Shown here in pieces: positions 38,559 to 47,467 of a stretch of 64,000 nucleotides of DNA (positions are counted from its first letter, which is position 1; each line of letters begins with the position of its first letter). The position numbers and the translations under genes are program-made. The DNA comes from Desulfofustis sp. Its GTDB lineage: Bacteria > Desulfobacterota > Desulfobulbia > Desulfobulbales > Desulfocapsaceae. The stretch is from positions 2,846 to 66,845 of the forward strand of contig JAJDNR010000080.1 in assembly GCA_022340565.1 (NCBI GenBank), written 5' to 3'. The notes beneath the pieces were generated by a model, which saw only the letters and a program-made list of their open reading frames with translations, was not told the DNA's origin and searched no databases.

Positions 38559-39515
38559 TCAGTGCGGTTTCGGCTTCGATGCAGGGGCCGCCGCCGACTC
38601 CTTTGCGGCAAGATCGTCGAGAACCTTGCCGACTTTGCCAGGATCCATATTCGCCCTGACTTCATCGTCAACGACGACAACCGGGGCAATGGCGCAGGCG
38701 CCGAAGCAGGCGACCGTTTCCAGGGTGAACCTGCGGTCCTTGCTGGTCTGACCCGGCTGCAGATGATACCGGTCTTCGATCGCCGATAATATCTTGTCGA
38801 CCCCTTTCACATGGCAGGCAGTGCCGCGGCACACCTTCACCACGTGGCGGCCGACCGGCGAAAGCCGGAACCGTTCGTAGAACGTTGCCACACCGTAAAC
38901 GGCCGCTTCCGGCATGCCGGTATACTCGGCGACCTGCATGAGCGCTTCCGGGGAAAGATAGCCCACCGCGTTCTGCACGCACTGCAGAATCGGGATGACC
39001 TCTTCCTGCTTGGCTGCGTGGCTCTCTCTCACCCGGGCCATGGCTTCAGCCAACCTGAGAGCGTCTTCGGGGAGCGGTTCGAGGGGAGGCTCGGCTCGCT
39101 CAACCGAAGGGAATTCCCTGGTGTGGAGAGCGACTTTGACCGCCGATAAAAACTCGTCCTGGGTAAACGGCTTGGATAAATAGTCGGAGGCCCCCAATTT
39201 CATTGCTTCAACCGCCGTGTTGACGGTTGAATAGCCGGTGATAACGAGCACCTCGGTATCCGGGCGACGCCTTTTTACCTGCCTGATCACTTCAATTCCG
39301 TCTATATCCGGCAGCCGCAGATCGGCCACCAGCAGATCGAACATTTTCCGATTGAAGCTGTCCAGGGCACTGCGTCCGGTCATGGCCAGGTCGACGTTAT
39401 ATCCCTCCTCGGACAGCACCATTCCCAATCCCCTTGCAACGCTCACCTCATCTTCCATGATCAGCACCTGCGGCAAGGGCGCATCATGCGTGTCCAGCGA
39501 TTCTTGCACATGCAT
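38559..39515 (-). CDS. response-regulator receiver domain fused to a NuoE-like [2Fe-2S] subunit
   Basis: N-terminal receiver: IMEDE, phospho-acceptor context LLVADLRLPDIDG, ITGYS, YLSKPF. C-terminal NuoE fold: ATFYERFRLSPVGRHVVKVCRGTACHVKG...CFGACAIAPVVVVDD. Confidence 0.85.
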   Translation of the reverse strand: MHVQESLDTHDAPLPQVLIMEDEVSVARGLGMVLSEEGYNVDLAMTGRSALDSFNRKMFDLLVADLRLPDIDGIEVIRQVKRRRPDTEVLVITGYSTVNTAVEAMKLGASDYLSKPFTQDEFLSAVKVALHTREFPSVERAEPPLEPLPEDALRLAEAMARVRESHAAKQEEVIPILQCVQNAVGYLSPEALMQVAEYTGMPEAAVYGVATFYERFRLSPVGRHVVKVCRGTACHVKGVDKILSAIEDRYHLQPGQTSKDRRFTLETVACFGACAIAPVVVVDDEVRANMDPGKVGKVLDDLAAKESAAAPASKPKPH

Positions 39516-39609
39516 CTCTGACCTCCTTAATCATACCGGCAGCGTAATCATTGATTCCCCGCGGCCGCCGCGCGGTCTGGCCGGCGGCAGCCGACGTCAG
39601 GCACCACAA

Positions 39610-40299
39610 CTACCAGGCTTCCCGTTCGAGTCGCTTGTTGATGAAAACCATCTGTTCATCACTCAGCGTTCCGACATGTGCTTTCAGCCATCTCAGGTCG
39701 GCCGACGCGATCGCCGCCCTTGCCTCGGTGGTAAGGTCGTACTCGTTCAGCTCACTGGCGTCGCCTTCGAGCAGATTGCTGGCAAATGCCGCGTCCTCGT
39801 GAGTACGTTCCAGTACCCGCAGCACTTCCTGCTTCTGTATCAGGGAGGGAGAAACGGCTACATCCCTGGTGTCAGTTGCTGCCGGCTTCTCCGGTCGTTC
39901 CTTGCTCAGCGCTTTGCCGACGGCGTTTTTGATCTCGCTTTCGGTGAACGGCTTGGGGAGATAATCGGCAACGCCGATCTTCATTGCATCGACGGCCGAG
40001 TCAATCGAGGAATAACCGGTAATCACGACAACCTGGGTTTCGGGCCTGCGTTCCTTGACAATTCTGATGATTTCCATGCCATCGCTGTCCGGCAGCCGCA
40101 GGTCTGCGACGACCAGGTCGATATCCTTGTTTGCGACGGTCTGCAGTGCTCCTGCCCCGGTAAAGGCCAGATCGACGTCGTAACCTTCCTCGGTGAGTAC
40201 CATCTCGAGACCCCTGGCCACGGTTTCCTCGTCTTCCATGACAAGGATATGGGGCGGGGGATGATTGGTGACTGCGCATCTTGTCTGTAATGATGTCAT
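39610..40299 (-). CDS. response-regulator receiver protein with uncharacterised C-terminal domain of about 90 aa
   Basis: The receiver is 73/116 identical (hand alignment) to that of the next gene. The C-terminal part QEVLRVLERTHEDAAFASNLLEGDASELNEYDLTTEARAAIASADLRWL has no DNA-binding motif and faintly resembles LigA/NHLP-clan helical domains. Confidence 0.75.
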   Translation of the reverse strand: MTSLQTRCAVTNHPPPHILVMEDEETVARGLEMVLTEEGYDVDLAFTGAGALQTVANKDIDLVVADLRLPDSDGMEIIRIVKERRPETQVVVITGYSSIDSAVDAMKIGVADYLPKPFTESEIKNAVGKALSKERPEKPAATDTRDVAVSPSLIQKQEVLRVLERTHEDAAFASNLLEGDASELNEYDLTTEARAAIASADLRWLKAHVGTLSDEQMVFINKRLEREAW

Positions 40300-40398
40300 G
40301 TTGCTACCTCCCGCGTTGTGCCTTTTTTAAGGGTTAAGCCGTGTCGGGGTGATGACCTGCCAACAGGCTGCATCCGGTTTTCCCTTTGCCTATTATTC

Positions 40399-40414
40399 AG
40401 CAACTGCCATGCCG
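40399..40414 (-). promoter_or_regulatory. candidate sigma-54 (-24/-12) promoter for the receiver/FDH operon
   Basis: The minus strand reads CGGCATGGCAGTTGCT against the consensus TGGCACG-N4-TTGCW, with correct GG-N10-GC spacing. It predicts a leader of about 90 nt to the ATG at 40299. A sigma-54 activator gene lies immediately upstream. Confidence 0.5.
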
Positions 40415-40802
40415 GTTGAACAGCACCCACAACGTTGTTTGCAATAGCACTTTATTAGTATCGATTACAGGCACTTAAGAATATTTCGTGAAGAGCTTGC
40501 CGAGCCCCGTCCAGGAGGGGGCGTATATGAAAACATACGCCAGGAATCTCAGTATTATTAAAAAAACGACGTTATTCAGGGAGGTTGCCTGTGTATAAAA
40601 AAATAGACGACGGTGTATGGGGGTTCAAACGGATGACTGCGGCAGTCCAAATTGTTCCCTGGGAGAACTCAAGCTCTGTCCCTGAGACCATATGTGCCGT
40701 AGGGAATCAATTCGTGAAATATCCAGGCTTGAAGAATGCTGCCGGGGCGGGCACGTGCGGCGGTGCATCGGCGACCACCTCTCGGAACGGCCGGGTGGGG
40801 AG

Positions 40803-42215
40803 CTATTTTGTATCGGTCGATATCCCGTGTTTTTTCATCAGCGCCGAGAAGTTGGAGCGCTGCATGCCCACCTTTGTTGCGGCGTGGGTGATATTTCCCC
40901 GGCAGTCGTCGAGGGCCTTGAGAAGGAACCGCTTTTCCACGAGGCCGAAGGTGTTTTCCAGCAGGTCCTTTTTGAACGTCTTGAGGTCGTCGAGGGTCTC
41001 CGGCACAGAAGCGCGACTGGAGGAGAGCGACGGGTCGTCGGAATGGATATGGGTTGCGAGGCTTTCACTGTCCAAAAAGGTATTGTCGGCCATGATTACC
41101 AGCCGTTCAACGGTATTCTTGAGCTGGCGGACATTGCCCGGCCAGGGGTGGCCGATCAGGGCGGCGAGCGCGTCATCCGAGAAGCCTTCGATTTTCTTGC
41201 CGGTCTGCCTGCAGAACAGGCGCAGGAAATGATAGGCGAGCCGGGGGATGTCCTCTTTCCGTTCCCTGAGTGCCGGAATGTGGATGGGAAAGACATTCAG
41301 CCGATAGTAGAGATCTTCTCTGAAAGATCCGTCGGCAACTAGTTCCGACAGGTCTCTGTTGGTTGCAGCGATGATCCGCACATCCGTCTTCAGCGTGCTG
41401 CTGCCGCCGACCGGCTTGTATTCGCGCGATTCCATGACGCGCAGCAACTTGCTTTGAATCTCCAGGGTCAGATTGGACAGTTCGTCCAGAAACAGGGTTC
41501 CGTGATTGACGATGGAGAAAATTCCCTGCTTGTCATTGATGGCCCCGGTAAAGGCTCCTTTTACGTGGCCGAACAATTCACTCTCGAGCAGGTTATCGGA
41601 CAGCGTACTGCAGTCAAGGGTTACGTAGCGCTGCTCAGATCGCTTGCTGTGGACGTGAATGGCGCCGGCGAAGAGTTCCTTGCCGGTGCCGCTTTCCCCG
41701 GTAATGAGCACCGTGCTGTCGGTAGGGGCAACCCGCTTGATCCGCGCAAAAACATCGAGAACGGCAGGGTCTTCCCCGACGATGTTGTTGAAATCGAAGC
41801 GTTCGAACAGTTGGCTGCGGAGCAGCATGTTTTCATCCCTGAGACGTTTGGTTTCAAAGGCTTTGCTCACCGTCAGGATGATATCGTCGTCGGAGAAGGG
41901 TTTGGCGAGATAGTCGAACGCCCCGGTTTTCATTGCGTCGACGGCATTCTCTACCGACGAGTAACCGGTCATCACAATGATCTGTATTTCGGGTTTCTTG
42001 CTGCGGAGTTCTGCGAGAATCTCCATCCCGTCCATATCGGGCAGGCGCATATCCAGAAGGACGATGTCGTATCCGCCGGCCAGGGCGTCCCGGAGTCCCG
42101 CTCTGCCGGAAGTTCTACTTGTAACGCTATGGCCCTGCTCTGCAAGAATCAGGCTGCATGCCTTGCAGATGGTGTTTTCGTCGTCGATTATGAGGATCTT
42201 TGCCTGCTCTGACAT
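40803..42215 (-). CDS. sigma-54-dependent response regulator (NtrC family: REC-AAA+-Fis HTH)
   Basis: LLDMRLPDMDG receiver; GESGTGKE Walker A; ESELFGHVKGAFTGA (GAFTGA sigma-54 contact motif); C-terminal HTH GNITHAATKVGMQRSNF. Confidence 0.9.
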   Translation of the reverse strand: MSEQAKILIIDDENTICKACSLILAEQGHSVTSRTSGRAGLRDALAGGYDIVLLDMRLPDMDGMEILAELRSKKPEIQIIVMTGYSSVENAVDAMKTGAFDYLAKPFSDDDIILTVSKAFETKRLRDENMLLRSQLFERFDFNNIVGEDPAVLDVFARIKRVAPTDSTVLITGESGTGKELFAGAIHVHSKRSEQRYVTLDCSTLSDNLLESELFGHVKGAFTGAINDKQGIFSIVNHGTLFLDELSNLTLEIQSKLLRVMESREYKPVGGSSTLKTDVRIIAATNRDLSELVADGSFREDLYYRLNVFPIHIPALRERKEDIPRLAYHFLRLFCRQTGKKIEGFSDDALAALIGHPWPGNVRQLKNTVERLVIMADNTFLDSESLATHIHSDDPSLSSSRASVPETLDDLKTFKKDLLENTFGLVEKRFLLKALDDCRGNITHAATKVGMQRSNFSALMKKHGISTDTK

Positions 42216-42217
42216 GG

Positions 42218-42577
42218 TTACCCCATGGTGTTCTGTTCGACGGCGGCAAGCAGCTCTTCATCGGTAAAAGGTTTCGGGAGGAAATCAAAACGTGCCTGAT
42301 CAACTGCTGACATATTGTTCCTGAGGTTGATATAGCCGCTCATCACGATAATGCGGGGATAGCCGTTTATCCCACGGGGCACCGCTTTGAAAAGCTCTGT
42401 TCCGTCTCGGTCCGGCAGTTTCAAGTCGAGCAAAACGAGATCGTAGGCATTGCTTGACACGGCATCGATCGCTTCCCCGCAGGTGGCGGTGGTCTCAACC
42501 GTATATCCTTGCTCCTCCAGTATCATCCGGCACCCGTGACGAATGACGTATTCGTCGTCGACGATGAGAATCTTCAT
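42218..42577 (-). CDS. stand-alone CheY-like receiver protein
   Basis: 119 aa with VDDE, LVLLDLKLPDRDG and FLPKPF. Its start overlaps the kinase stop by 4 nt. Confidence 0.85.
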   Translation of the reverse strand: MKILIVDDEYVIRHGCRMILEEQGYTVETTATCGEAIDAVSSNAYDLVLLDLKLPDRDGTELFKAVPRGINGYPRIIVMSGYINLRNNMSAVDQARFDFLPKPFTDEELLAAVEQNTMG

Positions 42578-43830
42578 GGCGTTTCCTGTGTAGAAATTCC
42601 GGCAAGACCTGAGTCGGTGTCCTGGGAAACCGGAATAGTGATGATAAATCTGGTCCCTTTGCCGGGATGGCTCTGCAGACTGATTTCACCGTGGTGATTG
42701 CGGATGATTCCATAGCTGACCGCAAGTCCCAGTCCGGTTCCTTTCGATTTCGTGGAGAAAAACGGTTCAAAAATCTTGTCACGTTCTTTTTTCCCGATCC
42801 CGGGACCGTTGTCTTTCACTTCGATGGTGATCGAGGTCCTCGATTCGCCCACCGAGCTGATGACCTCTACCGTTCCTCCCTCCGGCACGGCCTCCACCGC
42901 GTTGATCAACAGATTCACAAACACCTGCTCGAGCTGGCTGCCGTCGGCCATCACGTCGATCATGTCGGAGGCCAGGTGGGTGCGGAGGTTGACCCGGTGA
43001 ATGTGGAATTCATTTTCAAGGATCTTGATGCTCTTGTCGATAATTTCATTGATGTTCGTCGGTTCTTTCCTGGGATCTCGTCCCTTGGAGAAATCGAGCA
43101 GCCCCTGAATGATCTTCCGGCACCTGATGGTTTCGTCGATAATGATCTGCAGTCCCTCCTCGATCGGCTCTCCCGGGGGCACTTTTTTGATCATGTTGGA
43201 GCTGTAGAGAAGAATGCCTGCCAACGGATTGTTGATCTCGTGGGCAATTCCCGCCGCCATCCGCCCCAGGGCGGATAGCTTCTCGGCATGAGTGGCGAGT
43301 TGAAGATACTTGAATTCGTACGAATCAATCAACCGGGCCTTGCCCAGTGCGCAGGAGCATTGCTCGGCGATGGCAATAATCCAGTCGAGTTCGGCCTCGG
43401 AAAAGCGGCGTATTTCTGAAAAAAACAGCCTGATAATGCCGACCACGTTGTCCGCCACCGACAGCGGCACGTCGATGATAAAGCGGTAGCCCTCTTCCCG
43501 CGCCGATTCGGGGTACTGTACTCTGGGGTCGTTTACGATGTCTTCGATGAGGATGACCTTTTTCTGGCGGCACGCGTCGGTGATGGTCCGGTGCAGTGAA
43601 ACCGGGCCTTTCGCCAGGTAGGCTTGGCTGATGCCGTAGGAGGCGCTGATTTCGAGTTCGTCTGTGTCGATGTTGAGCAGCCGCATGATCGCGCCCCTGG
43701 CCCCCAGTACTTCCGAGTATTTCCAGACGACCAGATCCATCACGTCCTTGAGGCGAATGGAAGAGTTGATGACGGAGATGATCTCCCTGAAGGCGTTGTA
43801 GAGCGGCCGATAATCAAGGCTGGGATTCAT
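42574..43830 (-). CDS. cytoplasmic GAF-domain sensor histidine kinase
   Basis: No TM segment. An N-terminal GAF-like region, the H-box MAAGIAHEINNPLAGI, then N/G boxes (NLLINAVEA, DNGPGI, GTGLGLAVS). Confidence 0.85.
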   Translation of the reverse strand: MNPSLDYRPLYNAFREIISVINSSIRLKDVMDLVVWKYSEVLGARGAIMRLLNIDTDELEISASYGISQAYLAKGPVSLHRTITDACRQKKVILIEDIVNDPRVQYPESAREEGYRFIIDVPLSVADNVVGIIRLFFSEIRRFSEAELDWIIAIAEQCSCALGKARLIDSYEFKYLQLATHAEKLSALGRMAAGIAHEINNPLAGILLYSSNMIKKVPPGEPIEEGLQIIIDETIRCRKIIQGLLDFSKGRDPRKEPTNINEIIDKSIKILENEFHIHRVNLRTHLASDMIDVMADGSQLEQVFVNLLINAVEAVPEGGTVEVISSVGESRTSITIEVKDNGPGIGKKERDKIFEPFFSTKSKGTGLGLAVSYGIIRNHHGEISLQSHPGKGTRFIITIPVSQDTDSGLAGISTQETP

Positions 43831-43935
43831 GTCGATCGGTCCTGTAAGCGGTTTTTTGCCGGTCTGTTCAGCTTGCTGATACCATTATAGCACTAATCGT
43901 GCCAATGTGCAGATCGATGTCGATATGCGTGCCGG

Positions 43936-45738
43936 TCATCGAAGACGCTGCGGCGGGGCCGGTCGACCGCCATGAACGGCGAGAGACAGGACCCGGTCCT
44001 GCTCCCTGAACATCAAGCGTTTGGAACAGAGCTGGCCGATGAATTGTTCGAGTGTTTGAGGGTCCAGGCTGGGGAGAAAACGGCAGATGTCCTCGACCGT
44101 CTTCGGTTCTTCGCAGAATAGATAGATGGTTCTTGAAGTTCCCCGCAGCCGGTGAATCAGCGGCTCCTTGCCGGGCAGTTCCTGCTGGATGAACAGGTAA
44201 TCGCCGCCATCGCGATAGGAGAGCGCGGCCGTATTTTTGCCGCTCCTGGTTCGGTGAAAGTCCTGCCAGGCCTGGATCTTATCGCGAACCGGCCGCCACA
44301 GCCTCTGCTGGAGCTGCCTGTCGCCGCGGTATCCGGCGATCAGCAGTCCCTTCAGATAGGGTTTCGGGAACAGCATGCGGTTCTTGGGATGGGCGGTGAC
44401 CGCCCGGATGCCATGTTCGCGGGGCCGGCAGTGAACGGGGGAGCCGTATCCAAGAAAAAAAGAGGCGCTGTCGAGCGGCTGATAGGGCAGCACAAACTCG
44501 AGATTGAGGAGGGTTTCTTCAATCTCGTCGCCAGTAGTCGATGGAAATTCGGTGATGATATTGCCCTGGAGGATGATGTCGCTGGCGCAGCAGTGCTTCA
44601 TCATGGCGACGTTGTCCATGACCGTGGTCCCTTTTCGCATCCGCAAAAGAAGCGATGATGACAGCGCCTCGATGCCCACCTGCACCGAATGCAGCCCCCC
44701 GCGCCGGTAGCGGCGGAGTTTTCCGGGATCGGTCCCGGCCCGGATCTCGCCGAAAAAACTGAAATCAAGCTTCATATCTGCCGCTTCTTCAAAAAAATGG
44801 TCGAGTTCGCGGTGGGGAAGCATGTTGTCGGTGAAGGCGAAGTTGAGCGATTCACTCCGTACCGACAATTCTTTGACTTCAGCGGCCATCCGCTTACTGC
44901 TCTTGTGGCGGTACCCGTGCCACTGGAGGTTGAGATTGCAGAAGGTGCAGCGGTTCCACCGGCAGCCCCTGGAAAATTCAACCGGCAGGATCGGCATGAA
45001 CGGCAGGCTGCCGAAGAGGTGACGGGCCTCCTCCAGGAACGGTTTGAAATCCGGGATCGGCAGATCGTCGAGCCGGCCGATGTCGGGAGATCTGGTTTCG
45101 GATGCCGCGGCGTGGCGGGTCCTGATCTGCTTCGGGAGGATCTCCTGCCGGCCGCCGAGACAGCGGCAGAGTTCGAGCAGCGGGCGTTCGCCTTCGCCAT
45201 CGATCAGGTAATCGATCTGCCTGAACTGTTCCACCAGGGATCGACCGGCCGACCCGCTGCAGGAACTTCCTCCGAAGACCGTGGCTACAGCCGCCTTTTC
45301 CTTGATACGGGAGGCGAGATAGAGCGATGCGGGCAGCTGGCTGAAACAGACCGAAAACCCGGCCAGTGAGATGGTTTCAAAGTCGATGGAGGACAGCCAG
45401 GCGTCGCAGCAGGTTTTGACGTCGTCGATGACCGAGTCGAAATCGGGCACGGGACCGTGACCGTCGCCCCGCAGTTCGGAGTCAAACAGGCGGGCCCCAT
45501 CTCTTCGTTTGTCGGGGAAAAGCAGGGGGGTGAAGAGCGCATCGCCGGCCCAGCCGGAGCGGGCGATGCGGGAGTAAAGGCCGATACCGATTTTCCTGGC
45601 GATATGCAGGTAGAGATGCTGGTTGGTGACCGCGCACCCCCCTTTCGCCAGCAGATAGCTGCGCAGCGTTGCCAGCTGGATGGAAGGCCGGTGAAACAGC
45701 GCCCAGGGAGCGGATATCAGAAGTACCTTGAAGGCCAT
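43936..45738 (-). CDS. B12-binding-domain radical SAM enzyme, RiPP-maturase-like
   Basis: The N-terminus KVLLISAPWALFHRPSIQLATLRSYLLAKG matches the PSIQLG-type start of the family NCBI calls RiPP maturation radical SAM protein 1 (TIGR03975, from memory). The Cys cluster is EFSRGCRWNRCTFCNLN. Confidence 0.8.
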   Translation of the reverse strand: MAFKVLLISAPWALFHRPSIQLATLRSYLLAKGGCAVTNQHLYLHIARKIGIGLYSRIARSGWAGDALFTPLLFPDKRRDGARLFDSELRGDGHGPVPDFDSVIDDVKTCCDAWLSSIDFETISLAGFSVCFSQLPASLYLASRIKEKAAVATVFGGSSCSGSAGRSLVEQFRQIDYLIDGEGERPLLELCRCLGGRQEILPKQIRTRHAAASETRSPDIGRLDDLPIPDFKPFLEEARHLFGSLPFMPILPVEFSRGCRWNRCTFCNLNLQWHGYRHKSSKRMAAEVKELSVRSESLNFAFTDNMLPHRELDHFFEEAADMKLDFSFFGEIRAGTDPGKLRRYRRGGLHSVQVGIEALSSSLLLRMRKGTTVMDNVAMMKHCCASDIILQGNIITEFPSTTGDEIEETLLNLEFVLPYQPLDSASFFLGYGSPVHCRPREHGIRAVTAHPKNRMLFPKPYLKGLLIAGYRGDRQLQQRLWRPVRDKIQAWQDFHRTRSGKNTAALSYRDGGDYLFIQQELPGKEPLIHRLRGTSRTIYLFCEEPKTVEDICRFLPSLDPQTLEQFIGQLCSKRLMFREQDRVLSLAVHGGRPAPPQRLR

Positions 45739-45742
45739 GGTT

Positions 45743-47467
45743 TCAATATCCGGCTCCCTCCATCGCCGAACACGCGAGTCTGGTATAGCGTGCCAGCAGT
45801 CCGTTCCGCTTCGGTCGGGGGATGATACCGGCTTCGGCCCGCTGGCTGAGTATCGCCTGAATCTCCCGAGCGCCGAGTTTTTTCCCCGCTATGCCGACCA
45901 CCTGGAGGGTTCGATCTGAAGCGCTGTAAGCGATGATATCCCCCTCCTCGACAAAGGCGATCGGCCCCCCCGCTGCGGCTTCCGGCGACACATGGCCGAT
46001 TGCCGCACCCTTGGTGCCGCCGGAGAACCGGCCATCGGTGATGAGCGCGACCTGTCCGTTCAGCCGTTCATCGCACACCAGCGCCTCCATGGTGATGTAC
46101 ATCTCCGGCATGCCCGACCCGCGCGGCCCTTCGTAGCGGATGATGAGGATGTCCCCGGGATCGATGCGTCCCTCGATTACCGCCTGGTAGGCGTCTTCCT
46201 CGCGATTGAAGACCCGGGCGGGTCCTTCGTGGCTGCGCATCTCTTCGATGCATGCTGAATATTTGATCACCGCCCCTTCCGGGGCGAGGTTGCCTTTGAG
46301 AATTGCCACGGAACCGGTGCCATGGGCTTTGTCGATCGGGGCGATGACCTCGTCCCGGGCAATCCTGTAATTGTTCAGATAGCCAAGATTGCGGCCGAAG
46401 AAATTGTCCCGCTGCAGTCTCTCCAGGTTCTCGCCCAGCGTCGTTCCGGCAACCGTCATGGTGTCCAGATCGAGCAGTTCCTTGAGGATCAGCTGGACCA
46501 TCGGGATACCGCCGGCGAACCAGAAAATCTCGGTCAAAAAGCGACCGCTGGGGATCACGTTGGCGATGTGCGGGATGCGGTGATTGATCTCGTCGAACAG
46601 GTCCGGTTCGAGGATGATCCCCAGTTCCCGGGCGATGGAAGGGAGGTGCAGCAGCGCATTGGTGGAGCCGCCGATCGCACTGTGCACGACGATCGCATTC
46701 TCGAATGCCGCTCTGGTCATGATGTCGCTCGGCTTGATGTCCCGTGCGACCAGGTTCAGTATGCTTCTTCCAGCCCGGCGCGCGCCTTGCAGAATGTCTC
46801 TCATGGTCGCCGGCATCAGGGCCGTCCCGGGCAGCGCCATGCCCAGCGCTTCACCCATGCACTGCATGGTGCTGGCGGTGCCGAGAAAGGCGCAGGCCCC
46901 TTGGGACGGACAGCCGGTGAGCTTGTAGTCCCTGATCTCCTGATCGGTGATTGCGCCGATTTTCTTCTGGCGAAGGGAGATGTCTCCGGCAACCAGTGAG
47001 GTGGTCATGTTGGGTCCCGACCGCATCGAGCCGCCGGGGATGAATATGGTCGGGATATCGAGCCGGGCCGCCGCCTTCAGGTGTGCCGGCACGGATTTGT
47101 CGCAGGACGCGGAAAGGATCATGCCGTCCCACGGGCTCACCCTGCCGTGAACCTCGACCATGTCGCAGATGGCCTCCCGGGAGGGCAGGATGTAGTTCAT
47201 GCCGTCATGGCCCTGCCCGCAGCCGTCGCAGATATCGGTGGTATGGAAGCGGGCCGGGAAACCGCCTGTCTCGAATACGCCGTAACCGGCCTGTTCCATC
47301 AAGGCATCGAGATGAACGCTTCCCGGATGGCTGTCTCCGTAAACGTCTTCAAGCAGAATCTGCGGTTTCTTCACATCATCCTCATCCCATCCCGAACCCA
47401 TCTGCAGCGCGTCGAACTGTGCCCAGAACGTTCTTTCTGGGCGGCTTTTCTGTTTTATTTCGGTCAT
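45743..47467 (-). CDS. IlvD/Edd family dehydratase (dihydroxy-acid or sugar-acid dehydratase)
   Basis: 574 aa with DGCGQGHDGMNYILPSREAICD and SASCDKSVPAHLKAAARLDIPTIFIPGGSM blocks. Substrate cannot be assigned from the sequence. Confidence 0.85.
   Translation of the reverse strand: MTEIKQKSRPERTFWAQFDALQMGSGWDEDDVKKPQILLEDVYGDSHPGSVHLDALMEQAGYGVFETGGFPARFHTTDICDGCGQGHDGMNYILPSREAICDMVEVHGRVSPWDGMILSASCDKSVPAHLKAAARLDIPTIFIPGGSMRSGPNMTTSLVAGDISLRQKKIGAITDQEIRDYKLTGCPSQGACAFLGTASTMQCMGEALGMALPGTALMPATMRDILQGARRAGRSILNLVARDIKPSDIMTRAAFENAIVVHSAIGGSTNALLHLPSIARELGIILEPDLFDEINHRIPHIANVIPSGRFLTEIFWFAGGIPMVQLILKELLDLDTMTVAGTTLGENLERLQRDNFFGRNLGYLNNYRIARDEVIAPIDKAHGTGSVAILKGNLAPEGAVIKYSACIEEMRSHEGPARVFNREEDAYQAVIEGRIDPGDILIIRYEGPRGSGMPEMYITMEALVCDERLNGQVALITDGRFSGGTKGAAIGHVSPEAAAGGPIAFVEEGDIIAYSASDRTLQVVGIAGKKLGAREIQAILSQRAEAGIIPRPKRNGLLARYTRLACSAMEGAGY

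Noticed and set aside
40527-40598. 23-codon ORF (MKTYARNLSIIKKTTLFREVACV) with a strong AGGAGGGGG RBS in the gap between the activator and the FDH operon
   Set aside because: It is very short and lies on the strand opposite all neighbouring genes, inside the region expected to hold enhancer sites. There is no supporting feature. It might be a leader or regulatory peptide, but that is unproven.
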